DNA from: Lachnospiraceae bacterium
GTDB lineage: Bacteria > Bacillota > Clostridia > Lachnospirales > Lachnospiraceae
DNA length: 59,864 nucleotides
Direction: 5' to 3'
Assembly: GCA_024695225.1 (NCBI GenBank)
Contig: JAILIO010000139.1
Span: forward strand, 1 to 59,864
Below are positions 26,841 through 36,895 of the stretch, in pieces. Below the pieces are notes generated by a model. The model worked only from the letters and a program-made list of their open reading frames with translations, was not told the DNA's origin and made no database searches. Position 1 is the stretch's first letter; every line of letters begins with the position of its first letter. Position numbers and translations under genes: made by a program.

Positions 26841-27644
26841 ATGGACAGTAAGCGTTGGGCCCTGATCGCCAGGCTATCCGCCAACGATTTCAGGAAAAAA
26901 TATGCCGGGTCTTACCTGGGCAGGATATGGGCCCTTGCCCAGCCTGTGGTGACCGTTGCCATGTATTATGTAGTCTTTGACAGGATATTCGGCGCGGTGC
27001 CCCCCATCACGGAGGAGGGGGGACGGGTGACCTATGTCGCCTGGCTCACGGCGGGACTTGTGCCCTGGTTCTTTATAAGCGAATCACTGAATTCGGGGCT
27101 TATGGCCCTTCTGGATTACAGTTATCTGGTAAAGAAGGTGGTGTTTGACATAGACACCCTGCCTCTCATCAAAGTGATGGGGGCAGTCTACACCCACCTG
27201 ATCTTTGTGGGAGTATACCTGATCCTTTTCTTTGTCACAGGCTGCAAAGCCTTTCCCACCATGATACAGATCGTATATTACAGTTTTGCCGCGGCAGTGC
27301 TGTCTCTGGCCCTGTCTTATTTCAATGCGGCGGTGGTGGTGTTTTTCAGGGATCTCCAGCAGATAGTCAGCATCCTTCTCCAGCTCCTTATGTGGGGCAC
27401 TCCCATACTCTGGGATGTCTCCATGGTGGGAGATGGGACCACGGGAAAGATCGCCGGCATCATAACCTATCTGAACCCCTTTGCCTATATAGTCATGGGA
27501 TACAGGACCGCATCCTTTGAGGGCAAGTGGTTCTGGGAACTTGGCAGCAGGAATCTTTATTTCTGGGGACTTACCCTTTTCCTTTTGTTTGTGAACCGGA
27601 GACTGTTCAAGAGGCTTAAGCCTCATTTTGCAGATGTGTTATGA
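26841..27644 (+). CDS. ABC-2-type polysaccharide/teichoic-acid export permease (Wzm/TagG-like)
   Basis: 267 aa with 6 predicted TM helices. The N-terminus 'FRKKYAGSYLGRIWALAQP' is typical of ABC-2 permeases. Its stop overlaps the start of the ATPase gene. Confidence 0.85.
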   Translation: MDSKRWALIARLSANDFRKKYAGSYLGRIWALAQPVVTVAMYYVVFDRIFGAVPPITEEGGRVTYVAWLTAGLVPWFFISESLNSGLMALLDYSYLVKKVVFDIDTLPLIKVMGAVYTHLIFVGVYLILFFVTGCKAFPTMIQIVYYSFAAAVLSLALSYFNAAVVVFFRDLQQIVSILLQLLMWGTPILWDVSMVGDGTTGKIAGIITYLNPFAYIVMGYRTASFEGKWFWELGSRNLYFWGLTLFLLFVNRRLFKRLKPHFADVL

Positions 27645-28933
27645 GTGAAAAAGAGATCGCCATAGAGGTCAGGGACCTCTCAAAGGAATACATGCTCTAC
27701 AACAAGCCCTCCGACCGCCTGGTGGAGGCTTTGGGGCTCTCCAAAAAGAGCCGTCACACACTCCACGAAGCCCTGAAAGATGTGAACCTGACAGTTTACC
27801 GTGGGGAGAGCATAGGGATCATAGGAAAGAACGGTTCCGGAAAATCCACCATACTGAAGATCATAACCGGGGTGCTGAGCCCCACCAGAGGCACTGTCAC
27901 CGTGAACGGCAGGATATCGGCCCTGCTGGAACTGGGGGCCGGCTTCAATATGGAGTACACCGGGCTTGAAAATATCTACCTGAACGGCGCCATGACGGGC
28001 TTCACTGACAGGGAGATAGACGAGAGGCTGGAATCCATACTGGAATTTGCAGACATAGGGGATTACGTGCACCAGCCGGTGAAGACCTATTCAAGCGGTA
28101 TGTTCGTGAGACTGGCCTTCGCTCTCGCCATAAATATCGACCCGGAGATACTCATAGTGGACGAAGCGCTGTCCGTGGGGGATGTGTTCTTTCAGGCCAA
28201 GTGCTACCACAAATTCGAGGAGTTCAGGCAGCAGGGAAAGACCATAATCTTTGTGAGCCACGATCTCTCAAGCATCGCCAAATACTGCGACAGGGTGATG
28301 CTGTTAAACGACGGCGTGAAACTTGGGGAGGGACTTCCCAAGCAGATGATAGACGATTACAAGAGAGTGCTGGTGGGACAGTATGAACTGCCGGAACCGG
28401 GGACCAGGCTTGCTGACGACAGCGATATAAGAGCCGCTGCCGCCCGTGCTTCCCGGCAGAATCCGGAAACCCTGGAGTACGGATCCATGAAGGCCCAGAT
28501 AACCGAGACCTTTGTCACCGATGAAAACGGCGTCAGGGCAAAGGCTGTCATAAAGGGCACCAGATTCACCATACACATGAAAGTGGATATCACCGGGGAT
28601 ATCGAATGCCCCATCTTTGCATTTACCTTTAAGAATGTGCGTGGCACGGAGATCACCGGCACAAATACCATGTTTGAAAAAGCGTTTCTGGAGCCGGTCC
28701 GCGCAGGCGACAGTCTGGAGGTCACCTTCACCCAGGTCATGAGCCTGCAGGGGGGAGAGTACCTGCTGTCCTTCGGGTGTACCGGGTATGAGGGAGAGAC
28801 CTTTACAGTCTATCACAGACTCTACGATGCCCTGAATGTGACAGTGGTGTCAGACAAAGATACCGTCGGTTTTTATGATATGGATTCAGAGATATCAGTC
28901 AGGAAGGAAAATGGGAAAGATAAAAAAACCTGA
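27641..28933 (+). CDS. ABC polysaccharide export ATP-binding protein (Wzt/TagH-like) with about 185-aa C-terminal beta-rich extension (Wzt_C-like glycan-binding domain candidate)
   Basis: Walker A 'GKNGSGKST', signature 'YSSGMFVRLAFA' and Walker B 'ILIVDEALSVGD'. Residues from about 245 to 430 ('...ITETFVTDENGVRAKAVIKGTRFTIHMKVDITGDIECPIFAFTFKNVRGTEITGTNT...') form an extra domain. Confidence 0.85.
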   Translation: MSEKEIAIEVRDLSKEYMLYNKPSDRLVEALGLSKKSRHTLHEALKDVNLTVYRGESIGIIGKNGSGKSTILKIITGVLSPTRGTVTVNGRISALLELGAGFNMEYTGLENIYLNGAMTGFTDREIDERLESILEFADIGDYVHQPVKTYSSGMFVRLAFALAINIDPEILIVDEALSVGDVFFQAKCYHKFEEFRQQGKTIIFVSHDLSSIAKYCDRVMLLNDGVKLGEGLPKQMIDDYKRVLVGQYELPEPGTRLADDSDIRAAAARASRQNPETLEYGSMKAQITETFVTDENGVRAKAVIKGTRFTIHMKVDITGDIECPIFAFTFKNVRGTEITGTNTMFEKAFLEPVRAGDSLEVTFTQVMSLQGGEYLLSFGCTGYEGETFTVYHRLYDALNVTVVSDKDTVGFYDMDSEISVRKENGKDKKT

Positions 28934-30962
28934 ACCTAAGACGAAGGAAGAGATCGGTTCCGTCATCGTAGATATCTCCAAATATAGCGGGGATGACAGA
29001 TACTGTGACGGGGAGGTGGAGGATGAGATCCTCTCCATCGCAAAGAAGTATGCGGAGCCGGAATATCCGGAGATCATAGAGGAAAAGAAGAACTGGCCCG
29101 TTCTCTATCACCTTTCAAAGGAGAGAGAGAACATCGTGGAATGGCTTCCCATACAGAAGGACCAGAAGGTTTTGGAAGTGGGCGCAGGATGCGGCGCCGT
29201 AACCGGCATGCTGTCAAAAAAGGCCGCAAAAGTGGACTGTGCGGAGCTGTCTCTCAAACGCAGCAGGATAAACGCCTACAGGCACGCCGACAGGGACAAT
29301 ATCGTCATATATGTGGGGAATTTCACGGACACAGAACCCTCCCTCCCCTGTGACTACGACTGGATCATACTGACAGGAGTTCTGGAGTATGCAGGTTCCT
29401 ATGTGGATGATAGGGACCCTTATGTGACCCTGCTGAAACTCCTGAAAAAGCATCTCGCCCCCGGAGGCCGCATGGCCACAGCCATAGAAAACAGACTGGG
29501 GCTCAAGTATTTCGCAGGATGCCGTGAAGATCATGTAGCCCGCTATTTTGCAGGGATCGAAGGCTATACCGGGAATGAGCCTGCGGTGACATTCTCCCGG
29601 GGTTCTCTGAAAGGGATCTTTGAAAGCGCGGGATTCTCAGAGGATGAGCTCTCATTTTACTACCCCTATCCCGATTATAAATTCATGAGGGAACTGTACA
29701 GCGACAGAAGGCTGCCTCTCAGGGGTGAACTCTGCGACAATATCAGAAACTTTGACATGGACAGGCTGCTGCTCTTCGACGAGGGGAAAGCCTTTGACGC
29801 CCTTATTTCCGACGGGCTCTTTCGGGAGTTCTCAAACTCCTTCATGGTGCTGACAGGACCCGAACCGGATACGGTCTATGTCAGGTATTCCGGGGAGAGA
29901 GCTCCCGAATACAGGATAAAGACCGAGGAGCACCTGAAGGAAAATGAACACTATGTCCTGAAAGCACCCCTGACCGAGGAAGCCCGTTCCCATGTGGAAC
30001 AGATGGCGGAGGTCTATCCCGCTCTCAGGGACAGATACGAAGGGGGAGGTCTGAAACTCTGCCCCTGTACAAAGGATGCGGAGGGAAGAGGCGTGAGATT
30101 TGAGCACTGCAAAGGCACAACCCTTGCAAGGCTTATGAGCGACGCCGTGTCCGCAGGGGATGAGCTGCTGATACGAAAGCTCTTTCACAGATATGTGAAG
30201 CTCATTTCCTATGGAGATGACAACTGCGAGATCACGGATTCGGACCTTCTGTTTTCAAACATCATGGTGGACGGGGACAACTGGACTGCCATCGATTACG
30301 AATGGACCGACAATGAAAACGTTCCCGTGATGGATGTGGCTTTCAGGGCTCTGTACTGCTTTGCCCTGACCCAGCCCGAGGATTCGGTGATCCCCGGCGT
30401 GGACGATCTGATCGAGGAACTGGGCATAACCCAGAAACGCATGGATGAGATCAGAAGGGGAGAACTGGCTTTCCAGAAGAAGGTCACGGGAAACAGGCTG
30501 ACCCTGGGAGAGATAAGGGAGCGCATCGGAAACCGCATCTATACCGCGTCTGACCTGAAGACCGGGGAGAACCTCAGAAATGAAGCTGTGGTCTACGAGG
30601 ATACAGGACACGGTTTCAATGAAGAGGAGACTGTGAGATTTGAGGATGCCCATATCAATTATGAAGTGCCCTCCGGCAGAAGGGCTCTCAGGGTGGACCC
30701 CTGTTCCTACAGATGCATCCTTAAGATAGGGACACTGAGCTTTATGGGCAGGGAGATCACGGACAAGGAGATAAGGTCAAACGGGCTTAAGCTGTCACCG
30801 GGGCTCTATGCCTTTGACACAGAGGATCCCTGGATAGAATTTGATCTGGACAGGACAGGGCTTCCCGGGGGAACCCTCATATTTGAAGCTGAGGCATCTC
30901 ATCTGACAGAAGGCATTGCGGAGGCCCTCTCCGGAGTCAGGGTAAAGAGAGGTATATTCTGA
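28911..30962 (+). CDS. Bifunctional class I SAM methyltransferase plus protein-kinase-like/APH-fold domain protein (WbdD-like chain-terminator candidate)
   Basis: ATG 28911 with AGGAAGGAAA upstream (the listed start is 28875). SAM motif I 'VLEVGAGCGAVTGMLSKKA'. Kinase-like catalytic loop 'DSDLLFSNIMVDGDNWTAIDYEW' (DxxxxN...D). The C-terminal 150 aa are unassigned. Confidence 0.65.
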   Translation: MGKIKKPEPKTKEEIGSVIVDISKYSGDDRYCDGEVEDEILSIAKKYAEPEYPEIIEEKKNWPVLYHLSKERENIVEWLPIQKDQKVLEVGAGCGAVTGMLSKKAAKVDCAELSLKRSRINAYRHADRDNIVIYVGNFTDTEPSLPCDYDWIILTGVLEYAGSYVDDRDPYVTLLKLLKKHLAPGGRMATAIENRLGLKYFAGCREDHVARYFAGIEGYTGNEPAVTFSRGSLKGIFESAGFSEDELSFYYPYPDYKFMRELYSDRRLPLRGELCDNIRNFDMDRLLLFDEGKAFDALISDGLFREFSNSFMVLTGPEPDTVYVRYSGERAPEYRIKTEEHLKENEHYVLKAPLTEEARSHVEQMAEVYPALRDRYEGGGLKLCPCTKDAEGRGVRFEHCKGTTLARLMSDAVSAGDELLIRKLFHRYVKLISYGDDNCEITDSDLLFSNIMVDGDNWTAIDYEWTDNENVPVMDVAFRALYCFALTQPEDSVIPGVDDLIEELGITQKRMDEIRRGELAFQKKVTGNRLTLGEIRERIGNRIYTASDLKTGENLRNEAVVYEDTGHGFNEEETVRFEDAHINYEVPSGRRALRVDPCSYRCILKIGTLSFMGREITDKEIRSNGLKLSPGLYAFDTEDPWIEFDLDRTGLPGGTLIFEAEASHLTEGIAEALSGVRVKRGIF

Positions 30963-33136
30963 TGGCGATGGAAGGATGGGACGGTTATTATAAAAGGCTT
31001 TCTGCCGCCATAAGGTCCGAGAACAACAGAAAGGCCGCGGATGCCGCTGCCCTGAGATCCGCAGCAGAGGAGACGGACAGAAAGATCGCAAAGATAGAGA
31101 AGAACCCGGTTTACAGGGCTCTCAGATTTTTGACGGGAGGGGGGAGATCAAAGGACTCCCTGCCCGTAAATGAGGACAGGGATACCGGGAAAACTCTGTC
31201 CAAAGAGCTCAGATCCCCATCCTCACCGGAATACGAAAGGGAATTCCACCGGCAGACAAATCCTTACGAATCCCTGAAGGAAAGCCATGCCCTCACACCC
31301 CGCCACATCCCCTGTGACACGGATGAGATCAGGGTGGTAAGCCTTGCAGGGTGTTCGGGGATAAATCCCCTCGCGGAGTCGGAGGGCAGAAAATACATAC
31401 TCTTCCTGCCTGAGGACACATATGTCACTGAAAATGCGGAACACAGGATGACCGCCTTTATGGATGGTGAACCTGACTGTTCCTTTGTCTACTGGGATGA
31501 GGACCGCTTTGACCCCGGGCGTGGGATCGGTTCTGACCCTGTGTTCAAACCCGGGCCTTCCCCCGACACCCTCATCTCATTTATGTATACCGGGGCCTGC
31601 GTCATGGTCCGGGAGGAGGCCTGCAGGGATCTTCCCTGGGAGGCTGAATGGGATCCTGTTCAGAACATATATGTACTTCTCTTAAGGCTCCTCCTCACAA
31701 AGGGAGTGAAGACCATGGGGTATATCCCCGAGGTGCTCTCCGGCAGTGTCCGGGGCTTTCGGGAATTTGGCGCCCACCCGGATCTCTCCGGGATAAAAGA
31801 GAAGATCTTTCGTGAAACAGGGACCGGGGTGTCCTTCAAACCCGCCCAGGACCCCCTTATAACCCATGCATTATATGAGCCTCAGGGACCCTGGCCTTTG
31901 GTGTCTGTGATCATTCCCTCAAAGGATCATCCGGATATCCTGGAAAGGGCTGTGGCGTCCATAAGGACCGGAACAGATTACAGTAGTTATGAAATAATCG
32001 TAGTGGACAACGGCAGTACTGATATGGGCCGGAAGGCATATGAACACCTGTCGGAGATATATGATTTCAACTATATATATTTTAAATCAGAATTTAACTT
32101 CTCCCATTCCTGCAATCTTGGAGCGGAAAAGTCCAGAGGAGAACTACTGTTATTTTTAAATGATGACACTGAGGTCATCGAAAAGGACTGGATGAGAAAT
32201 CTGGCCTGTCAGACGCTAAGGCCTTGGACCGGGGCAGCGGGAGCCAGGCTCCTGTATGAGGGGACAGACCTGATACAGCACGCAGGAGTCACCAATATGG
32301 CCATAGGTCCCTCCCATAAGCTGGCTACCCTCACGGATGAACGCTCTTATTACCATGGGGTGAACAGGTATGACAGGAATGTCCTTGCGGTGACAGGGGC
32401 ATGCATGATGATTAGAAGGGAAGTGTTTGACAAAGCCTGCGGTTTCGACGAGGAACTGGCAGTTGCCTACAATGACATAGACCTGTGCATGACCCTGACT
32501 GAGATGGGTTATTTCAATGTGCTGAGGAACGATTCCGTCATGTGGCATGACGAGTCACTCTCCCGGGGAGCGGACGATGCGGATCCGGAAAAAACAGACA
32601 GGCTGTACTCCGAGGAACAGCGTCTTTACAGTAAACATGCGGATTTCAAGGGAAGAGATCCATTTTACAGCCCCTTCCTGTCCCAGGACACGGTTTACTA
32701 CGAGGTTCGGGGGGATTTTGAATGGAATGACAAAAAACTTTTGTCAAAGAGGGCATCGGCCCCCGAAGGTCAGGTTCATGAGGGCATGAAACTCACTGTG
32801 GACAGGGCAGTGCTTAAAAAAGACCCCGACCCCGCGGTCCCCGTATCCGTTTTGGTTGAAGGCTGGGCCTATGTGCCCGACAGGGACAATTCCGACTTTG
32901 AAAAGACTGTGCTTCTGAGGGATACCCAGGGACATACTCTGGCTTTCAGAGCATTTCCCAGGTACAGGAAGGATGTTTACCGGGCGCTTGATTCCATGCA
33001 GAATTGCGGACTCACGGCATTTACCGCAAGGATTTCCCCCGGGGATGTTCCAAAGGGAACCTACAATGTGGGACTCAGTCTGAAAGCAGAGGGCCTGGTC
33101 TATGTGACATGGTCTGACAGGGAGGTTACTTTATGA
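30962..33136 (+). CDS. Multidomain glycosyltransferase (N-terminal coiled-coil/unknown region plus GT2 domain)
   Basis: ATGA overlap with the upstream gene. GT2 signature 'VSVIIPSKDHPDILERAVASIRTGTDYSSYEIIVVDNGSTD' and 'LLFLNDDTEV'. The N-terminal 300 aa include 'AADAAALRSAAEETDRKIAKIEKN'. Confidence 0.8.
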   Translation: MAMEGWDGYYKRLSAAIRSENNRKAADAAALRSAAEETDRKIAKIEKNPVYRALRFLTGGGRSKDSLPVNEDRDTGKTLSKELRSPSSPEYEREFHRQTNPYESLKESHALTPRHIPCDTDEIRVVSLAGCSGINPLAESEGRKYILFLPEDTYVTENAEHRMTAFMDGEPDCSFVYWDEDRFDPGRGIGSDPVFKPGPSPDTLISFMYTGACVMVREEACRDLPWEAEWDPVQNIYVLLLRLLLTKGVKTMGYIPEVLSGSVRGFREFGAHPDLSGIKEKIFRETGTGVSFKPAQDPLITHALYEPQGPWPLVSVIIPSKDHPDILERAVASIRTGTDYSSYEIIVVDNGSTDMGRKAYEHLSEIYDFNYIYFKSEFNFSHSCNLGAEKSRGELLLFLNDDTEVIEKDWMRNLACQTLRPWTGAAGARLLYEGTDLIQHAGVTNMAIGPSHKLATLTDERSYYHGVNRYDRNVLAVTGACMMIRREVFDKACGFDEELAVAYNDIDLCMTLTEMGYFNVLRNDSVMWHDESLSRGADDADPEKTDRLYSEEQRLYSKHADFKGRDPFYSPFLSQDTVYYEVRGDFEWNDKKLLSKRASAPEGQVHEGMKLTVDRAVLKKDPDPAVPVSVLVEGWAYVPDRDNSDFEKTVLLRDTQGHTLAFRAFPRYRKDVYRALDSMQNCGLTAFTARISPGDVPKGTYNVGLSLKAEGLVYVTWSDREVTL

Positions 33137-35097
33137 GCGGCGATCCAAATCTCGAAAAAGCCCTTCTGGAGTACAGGGAAGAGAAGGAAAGGGGAGAGAA
33201 GGTCCGCCGGGAGTACGAGGACGCGGCCCTTTTGCTGGACAGGAAACTCATGACCCTGGAGGCCATAAAGACCGGGAAACTCTGGAAGATGACGGGACCC
33301 ATGAGAAGCGTGTACCACTGGGCTCAGAGACAGAAGGACAGGGTTGCGAGATACGGAAGCGTAAAGGGCTTTCTCAGAAAGCTGGCCTCCAAGAAGCATG
33401 AGATCAGCGTGAGAAAGAGCTACGGCGTGAGCTCCTACCCGGATGAGGCTGTCAGGAAAGAGCACTCTGAGAGAAAATTCAAGAATGCCATAACCGTATC
33501 CATCCTGGTGCCCCTGTACAACACACCGGAAAAATTCCTGAGGGAAATGATAGAATCAGTCCTCTGGCAGACCTACGGCGGGTGGCAACTGTGCCTGGCA
33601 GACGGGTCTGACAGCGCTCACGGAAAAGTAGGCGACATATGCAGGGAGTACGCGGCAAAGGATAGCCGGATCTGCTACAAAAAGCTTGAGAAGAATCAGG
33701 GGATATCCGGGAACACAAATGAATGCCTGAAAATGGCAACGGGAGAGTACGCAGGGCTTTTTGACCACGATGATATCCTCCATCCGGATGTGCTCTATCA
33801 GTACATGGATGTCATAGAGAGGGAAGGGGCAGACTATCTCTACTGTGACGAGACCACATTCCACGGAAACAGCGTGGACAATATGATCACCATGCATTTC
33901 AAACCGGACTTTGCAATAGACAATCTCCGGGCCAACAACTATATATGTCATTTCAGTGTGTTCAAAAAAAGCCTGCTGGAGGGTGAAGAACTCTTCAGAC
34001 CCAGATTTGACGGGAGCCAGGACCACGATATGATACTCAGGCTCACAGCCAGGGCAGAGCACATAGTGCATGTGCCAAAACTCATGTACTACTGGAGATC
34101 CCATAAAGGATCCACTGCAGCGGACATAAATGCAAAAAGCTATGCCATTGCGGCTGCAAAGGGGGCAGTGTCAGATCATCTGACAAAGGCCGGTTTCAGG
34201 AACTTTGAGATCACATCCACCAAGGCTTTTGAGACCATATTCAGGATCCGGTACGAGATAAAGGGAAGACCCATGGTCTCCATCGTGATCCCCGCCAGGG
34301 ACCGGGCGGAGGATACGGGGCGCTGCGTAAGGTCCATTCTGGAGAGGAGCACCTACGACTGCTTTGAGATCCTGATAATGGACAACGGCTCAGTGCAGGA
34401 GGAGACAAAGGAACTCTACAGAGAACTTGAAAAGAAGGAAAATGTAAGGATACTTCGGGATGACGGGGACTTTAATTACCCAAGGCTCAATAACGAGGCG
34501 GTGTCTGAGGCCTCGGGAGAATACATCCTGCTCTTAAATAACGACACGGAGGTCATAACCCCCGACTGGATAGAGGAACTGCTCATGTACGCCCAGAGAC
34601 CGGATGTGGGGGCAGTTGGGGCAAAGCTTTATTACCCGGACTACACCATCCAGCACGCGGGAGTGGTGATCGGGCTCGGCGCCCACAGGACTGCAGGCCA
34701 TGTGCACTACAGGGTGGGACAGGAGAACCTGGGTTATATGGGCAGGCTTTGCTATGTCCAGAACTTTTCTGCGGTCACCGCCGCCTGCCTGATGGTGAAA
34801 AAATCCCTTTACGAGGAAGTGGGGGGGCTGGATCAGAAATTTGCCATAGCCTTAAACGATGTGGACTTCTGTCTCAGGCTCAGGGAAAAGGGGCTTGTGA
34901 ACGTGTGGACCCCCTTTGCGGAACTGTTCCACTACGAATCCGCTTCCAGGGGGAATGATATGGAGGGGGAGAGGGCAGAGCGCTACAACAGGGAGTCAGC
35001 CCTTTTCAGGGAACGGTGGAAGGAGATCCTGGAAAAGGGAGATCCCTATTACAACGTGAATTTCTCCCTCGACAGGAGTGATTTCTCCCTCAGATGA
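33133..35097 (+). CDS. Dual-domain GT2 glycosyltransferase (two GT-A modules; polymerising-type architecture)
   Basis: Domain 1: 'VSILVPLYNTPEKFLREMIESVLWQTY...FDHDDILHPD'. Domain 2: 'VSIVIPARDRAEDTGRCVRSIL...ILIMDNGS...LLLNNDTEV'. ATGA overlap with the upstream gene. Confidence 0.85.
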   Translation: MSGDPNLEKALLEYREEKERGEKVRREYEDAALLLDRKLMTLEAIKTGKLWKMTGPMRSVYHWAQRQKDRVARYGSVKGFLRKLASKKHEISVRKSYGVSSYPDEAVRKEHSERKFKNAITVSILVPLYNTPEKFLREMIESVLWQTYGGWQLCLADGSDSAHGKVGDICREYAAKDSRICYKKLEKNQGISGNTNECLKMATGEYAGLFDHDDILHPDVLYQYMDVIEREGADYLYCDETTFHGNSVDNMITMHFKPDFAIDNLRANNYICHFSVFKKSLLEGEELFRPRFDGSQDHDMILRLTARAEHIVHVPKLMYYWRSHKGSTAADINAKSYAIAAAKGAVSDHLTKAGFRNFEITSTKAFETIFRIRYEIKGRPMVSIVIPARDRAEDTGRCVRSILERSTYDCFEILIMDNGSVQEETKELYRELEKKENVRILRDDGDFNYPRLNNEAVSEASGEYILLLNNDTEVITPDWIEELLMYAQRPDVGAVGAKLYYPDYTIQHAGVVIGLGAHRTAGHVHYRVGQENLGYMGRLCYVQNFSAVTAACLMVKKSLYEEVGGLDQKFAIALNDVDFCLRLREKGLVNVWTPFAELFHYESASRGNDMEGERAERYNRESALFRERWKEILEKGDPYYNVNFSLDRSDFSLR

Positions 35098-35121
35098 TCC
35101 GGGGCAGAATTCACCTTATTG

Positions 35122-35130
35122 TGGTATACT
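35122..35130 (+). promoter_or_regulatory. Putative extended -10 promoter element upstream of the phosphohexomutase gene
   Basis: TGgTATACT at 35122-35130. It lies 35 nt upstream of the ATG at 35165 (RBS AAGGAGG at 35151). No good -35 element is present. Confidence 0.35.
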
Positions 35131-35164
35131 GTTAAGACATACTTAAATATAAGGAGGTGCAGTA

Positions 35165-36895
35165 ATGGGGTATCAGGAAAATTATAACCAGTGGGTGAGC
35201 AATCCTTATTTCGATGAGGATACGAAAAAGGAACTTCTCGCCATCAAGGACGACAAGGCTGAAGTCGAGGACCGTTTCTATAAAGATCTTGAATTCGGAA
35301 CCGGGGGGCTCCGCGGGGTCATAGGAGCAGGTACCAACCGTATGAATGTTTATACCGTCAGAAAGACCACCCAGGGACTTGCAAACTTCATCATCAAGCA
35401 GGGGGCAAAGGACAAGGGAGTGGCTATTTCCTATGATTCCAGGAGGATGTCTCCGGAATTTGCAGACGAGGCGGCGCTCTGCCTGAACGCCAACGGAATA
35501 AAGGCTTACGTGTTTGAGAGCCTGAGACCTACTCCCGAGCTTTCATTTGCAGTCAGGAGCCTTAAGTGCACCGCGGGGATAATGATCACCGCAAGCCATA
35601 ACCGTCCCCAGTACAACGGGTACAAGTGCTACTGGGAAGACGGCGCCCAGATCACATCACCTCTGGACAAGGAGATCATAGACGAAGTGAGGGCAGTGAC
35701 GGATTACGCCGACGTTCTCACCATGGACAAGGAAGAGGCCAAAAAAGCAGGCCTTTACAATGTCATAGGCAAGGATATAGACGATCTCTATATGGTGGAG
35801 CTGAAAAAGCAGATGATCCACCCCGAGATCATAAAAGAGCAGGCGGATGAGCTGAAGATCGTATACACCCCCTTCCACGGCACCGGTATGGAGCCCGTGC
35901 GCAGGATACTGACAGAACTTGGATACAAGAATCTCTATGTGGTGCCTGAGCAGGAAGATCCGGATCCCGAATTCACAACCCTTGATTATCCCAACCCCGA
36001 AGATCCCAAGGCCTTTGAACTGGCATTGAAGCTTGCAAAGGAAAAGGATGCGGATCTTGTGCTGGCAACAGACCCGGATGCGGACAGGCTGGGCATATAT
36101 GCCAAGGATTCAGCCACCGGGGAGTACATGGCCTTCACCGGCAATATGTCCGGTATGATAATAGGGGAATACATCCTGAGGGAGAGGACTGCCACCGGCA
36201 CCATGCCCAAGAACCCCGCCTTTGTCACCACCATAGTCACCACCAATATGGCTGCCGCCATAGCAAAGGATTACGGCCTCCATTATGTGGAGGTGCTCAC
36301 AGGCTTCAAGTACATCGGAGAGCAGATCAAGTGGTTTGAGAGGGACAATTCATACAATTACGTCTTCGGCCTGGAGGAGAGTTACGGCTGTCTTCCCGGG
36401 ACCCACGCCAGGGACAAGGACGCCATCGTGGCGGTTATGATGCTCTGCGAAGCTGCGGCATTTGCCAGGAAGAACAACATGACCCTCTGGGATCAGATGA
36501 TAAAGCTCTATGAAAAATATGGCTATTACAGGGAGACCCAGTACTCCGTGACCATGGAGGGCGTCACCGGGGCAGAGAAGATCGCAGCCCTTATGGACGG
36601 GCTCAGGAACGATCCCCCCAAGAAGTTTGGGGACTGGGATGTGCTGACCTTCAGGGACTACAAGAAAGACACGGTGCTTGATCTGAAGACCGGGGAAACC
36701 GGAAAGACAGGGCTTCCCGAGTCCAATGTGCTGTATTTTGACCTTACGGACGACGCATGGTGCTGCGCAAGGCCTTCGGGCACGGAACCCAAGATCAAGT
36801 TCTACATGGGCGTCAAGGGCACCAGCCTTGAGGATTCACAAAAGAAGGTGGAACTGCTCACGGCTGCGGTAAAGGAGAGAATCGGTGAAACCTGA
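35165..36895 (+). CDS. Phosphoglucomutase/phosphomannomutase-family phosphohexomutase (PgcA-type)
   Basis: Phosphoserine loop 'GIMITASHNRPQYNGYK', metal loop 'ATDPDADRLG' and sugar loop 'GLEESYG'. 576 aa. Confidence 0.92.
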   Translation: MGYQENYNQWVSNPYFDEDTKKELLAIKDDKAEVEDRFYKDLEFGTGGLRGVIGAGTNRMNVYTVRKTTQGLANFIIKQGAKDKGVAISYDSRRMSPEFADEAALCLNANGIKAYVFESLRPTPELSFAVRSLKCTAGIMITASHNRPQYNGYKCYWEDGAQITSPLDKEIIDEVRAVTDYADVLTMDKEEAKKAGLYNVIGKDIDDLYMVELKKQMIHPEIIKEQADELKIVYTPFHGTGMEPVRRILTELGYKNLYVVPEQEDPDPEFTTLDYPNPEDPKAFELALKLAKEKDADLVLATDPDADRLGIYAKDSATGEYMAFTGNMSGMIIGEYILRERTATGTMPKNPAFVTTIVTTNMAAAIAKDYGLHYVEVLTGFKYIGEQIKWFERDNSYNYVFGLEESYGCLPGTHARDKDAIVAVMMLCEAAAFARKNNMTLWDQMIKLYEKYGYYRETQYSVTMEGVTGAEKIAALMDGLRNDPPKKFGDWDVLTFRDYKKDTVLDLKTGETGKTGLPESNVLYFDLTDDAWCCARPSGTEPKIKFYMGVKGTSLEDSQKKVELLTAAVKERIGET

